Origin: Octopus sinensis
Taxonomy: Eukaryota
DNA length: 64,000 nucleotides
Assembly (NCBI RefSeq): GCF_006345805.1
Contig: NC_042999.1
Location: forward strand, 5,022,001-5,086,000
Reading direction: 5' to 3'
The position numbers and the translations under genes are program-made. Below, in pieces: positions 61,401-64,000 of the stretch. The notes beneath the pieces are model-generated. The model was not told the origin of the DNA. It searched no databases and worked only from the letters and a program-made list of their open reading frames with translations. Each line of letters begins with the position of its first letter. Positions within the stretch are counted from its first letter, which is position 1.

Positions 61401-62866
61401 CCCCCAACATCTTCCGAAGGGTCCAGATGCTTGAGATGGAGATCAGCCAGAACATCTGGCATGGGTTCGAGCACTGTGTTGCTTGGGGCCAGCATGCACA
61501 CAGTGGCCCTCAAATTACTTTACAATTGACCTGTACTCAGAGCCTTTTCACACCACCAGAAGGGGTCTAATTCATCATCATCGTTTAACGTCCGTTCTCC
61601 ATGCTAGCATGGGTTGGACGGTTCGACCGGGGAAGAAGAGCTTCTTCTTATAAACTGAAGACTTAATGAAGTAAAACTTGAATCACTCATTTATTAATAT
61701 CATTTAAAAAATTTTATTGTAGTTCATTTGACTTGTTAAATTAATTTTAAAAGTTGTTATCCTGGCCATCCAGCCATACATACATACAGGCATGCCCTCT
61801 GCAGCCATGGTGCCTTCACTCCCTTGTAGCCGAGAGGTCCATGTCTTGCAAGACCCCAGCTGCTGGTGCCAAGTAAAAAAGCACCCATTGTGGTGGTATG
61901 TATAAAGTACCTGTGTTAGTGCCATGTAAAAAGCACCCACTACACTTTGTGAAGTGGTCAGTGTTAGGTAAGGGCATCCGGTCATAGAAACCTTGCCAAA
62001 ACAAACAGCAGAGCTTGGCGCAGTCCTCTGGCTTCCCAGCTCCTGTCAAACCATCCCAACCCATACCAGCATGGAAAGCAGACATTATGTCATGATGATG
62101 TTATATTCTTTTTCTTTCTAAAAAAGATGGCTTAAAGGAATTACATCTTCAATAGAGACAAAGGCTCAACATCAAACACTTCCTACAAATGAATAATATG
62201 CCGGTGGCATGTAAAAAGCACCAACCGATCGTGGCCATTGCCAGCCTCCTCTGGCCCCTGTGCCAGTGACACATAAAAAGCACCAGCCGATCGTGGACAT
62301 TGCCAGCGTCCTCTAGCCTCTGTGCCGGTGGCACGTAAAAAGCACCCACTACACTCACAGAGTGGTTGGCATCCATCTGTAGAAACCATGCCAGATCAGA
62401 TTGGAGCCTGGTGCAGCCTCCTGGCTTCCCAGACCCCGGCCGAACCGTCCAACCCATGCCAGCATGGAAAACGGACGTTAAACGATGATGATGATGATAA
62501 AGCCCACTGAGCTGCTACAAATATTAGGCCACACAATCCTTGGTAGTCTTCCATGATGATCTAACGTACGCAACTTTGCCAAACATTTTTTTATCTTAGA
62601 TGACCATAACAAGCCTGGTAGCAATTCCCCTGCCATATCACAACAGTAGCAAGGTGACAGGCTACCGGGATTGCCTACATTAAAAATAGGATAAGGTAGT
62701 TGATTTTAGTTAGAGAAATGTCTTGTCATCTTATTAGTGGACATCTCATCAAATTGTTCACGTGTGTGATTGTCATATGTTTATTATTAAAAGTTTGCAT
62801 TGGAACAGACAGTCCAACAAAGAGAACCGATTCCATTGGTTCTCTTCATTCTTTTATTTATGACAG

Positions 62867-62920
62867 CAGAATCTGTGTTGAGGGAGAAGCAAGAATATCC
62901 CTGTGAACATCGCAAGTGTG
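62867..62920 (+). CDS. Candidate coding exon of an unidentified plus-strand gene (xESVLREKQEYPCEHRKC)
   Basis: Acceptor cttttatttatgacag, donor G|gtaact; 54 nt; phase 1-1; open frame. Confidence 0.35.
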
Positions 62921-63471
62921 GTAACTAGTTCAACATTTAGACTGTTGTAACTGTGGAGACCCTACGAGATACAAGAATTTACCTGCCATCATGCTTCAAT
63001 GATCATGATTTACAAACACCGTTTATCTGTAATAATATCATCATCATCGTTTAACGTCCGCTTTCCATGCTAGCATGGGTTGGACGATTTTGACTGAGGG
63101 CTGGCGAACCAGATGGCTGCACCAGGCTCCAATCTTGATCTGGCAGAGTTTCTACAGCTGGATGCCCTTCCTAAACGCCAACCACTCCGAGTGTAGTGGG
63201 TGCTTTTTACGTGCCACCGGCACGATGGCCAGTCAGGCAGTACTGGCAACAACCTCGCTCGAATCCTTTTACACATGCCACCGGCACAGATGCCAGTAAG
63301 GCGATGCTGGTAACGATCCTGCTCGAATGGTGCCTTTTACGTGCCACCGGCACGGAAACCAGTTAGCTGCTCTGGCAATGAGTGATAATCCATTAGAGTA
63401 TTTCTACATATTTTTGGTCAGATTTTTGAAATCACTTGTCACCACAAAATATTTACATTCCTTACTGACAG

Positions 63472-63543
63472 CACAACTAATTATCTTTGAAGTTCTGGTA
63501 ACTTTAGGAATAAAAGATCCCCTGAAAATACTGTCTACTGAAG
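63472..63543 (+). CDS. Candidate coding exon of the same plus-strand gene (AQLIIFEVLVTLGIKDPLKILSTE)
   Basis: Acceptor ttccttactgacag, donor AAG|gtaagg; 72 nt; phase 1-1; joins in frame with 62867-62920. Confidence 0.4.
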
Positions 63544-63761
63544 GTAAGGTGAAGAAAAAAAATGCAAAACAGATATTAAGAACAAATGAAGATATGTGCT
63601 GTACAAAAACTGTATTTTGTCTGCCATATGTGGAAGGTCCCAGTTTCATATAAATGAAATTGACAATAGAGGGCATTGAAGTGAATGTGAGAAGTCTTGT
63701 GATGAAGCAGCTAAGGAATACGGCCAGAGGAAGAAATACTGCTAAGCATTTTGTCAGGCAA

Positions 63762-64000
63762 GGCGGCAAGCTGGCAGAATCGTTAGCACGCTGGGCAAAG
63801 TGCTTAGCGGTATTTCGTCTGCTGTTACATTCTGAGTTCAAATTTCGCCGAGGTCAACTTTGCCTTTCATCCTTTCAGGGTTGATTAAATAAGTACTAGT
63901 TACGCACTGGGGTCGATCTAATCGACTTAATCCGTTTGTCTGTCCTTGTTTGTCCCCTCTGTGTTTAGCCCCTTGTGGGTAGTAAAGAAATAGGTATTTC
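63762..64000 (+). mobile_element. tRNA-derived SINE family B (central GCCTTTCATCCTTTCGGGGTCGATAAA domain); representative copy
   Basis: A-box TGGCAGAATCG, B-box-like GAGTTCAAATT. Other copies at about 17395-17627 (+) and 5998-6195, 6735-6965, 8220-8390, 21066-21283, 44935-45262 (two in tandem), 48330-48500 (-). The central domain resembles conserved pan-metazoan SINE central domains; exact family not verified. Confidence 0.82.

Overview
AT-rich, repeat-dense animal genomic DNA. The SINE, RTE and (TA)n landscape points to an octopod cephalopod (Octopus-like); this is inference. The window holds the first 10 coding exons of HACE1 (ankyrin-repeat HECT E3 ligase) on the minus strand. I assembled them by hand: all GT-AG, in frame, 804 nt or 268 aa, with a ~31 kb first intron. 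The gene continues beyond position 1. A possible divergent plus-strand gene starts near 52.3-52.7 kb. The rest is mobile DNA: two RTE-clade LINEs (one with an uninterrupted RT ORF, one with a nested second LINE), many copies of the RTE 3' UTR, three tRNA-derived SINE families, CR1-type 3' ends, a CRE-like RT relic, piggyBac-type and hAT MITEs, and Helitrons. The most notable feature is at 34.46-35.66 kb in HACE1 intron 1. Two unrelated Penelope-like terminal-repeat cassettes sit side by side in a TA array. Each carries a type I hammerhead ribozyme and each is followed by an inverted copy of itself. One is a full canonical-core hammerhead in a perfect 210-bp palindrome. The other is a minimal, dimer-type hammerhead that is tandemly duplicated. 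More ribozyme-like relics lie at 31.9-33.6 kb. All coordinates, folds and homologies were worked out by eye without tools.
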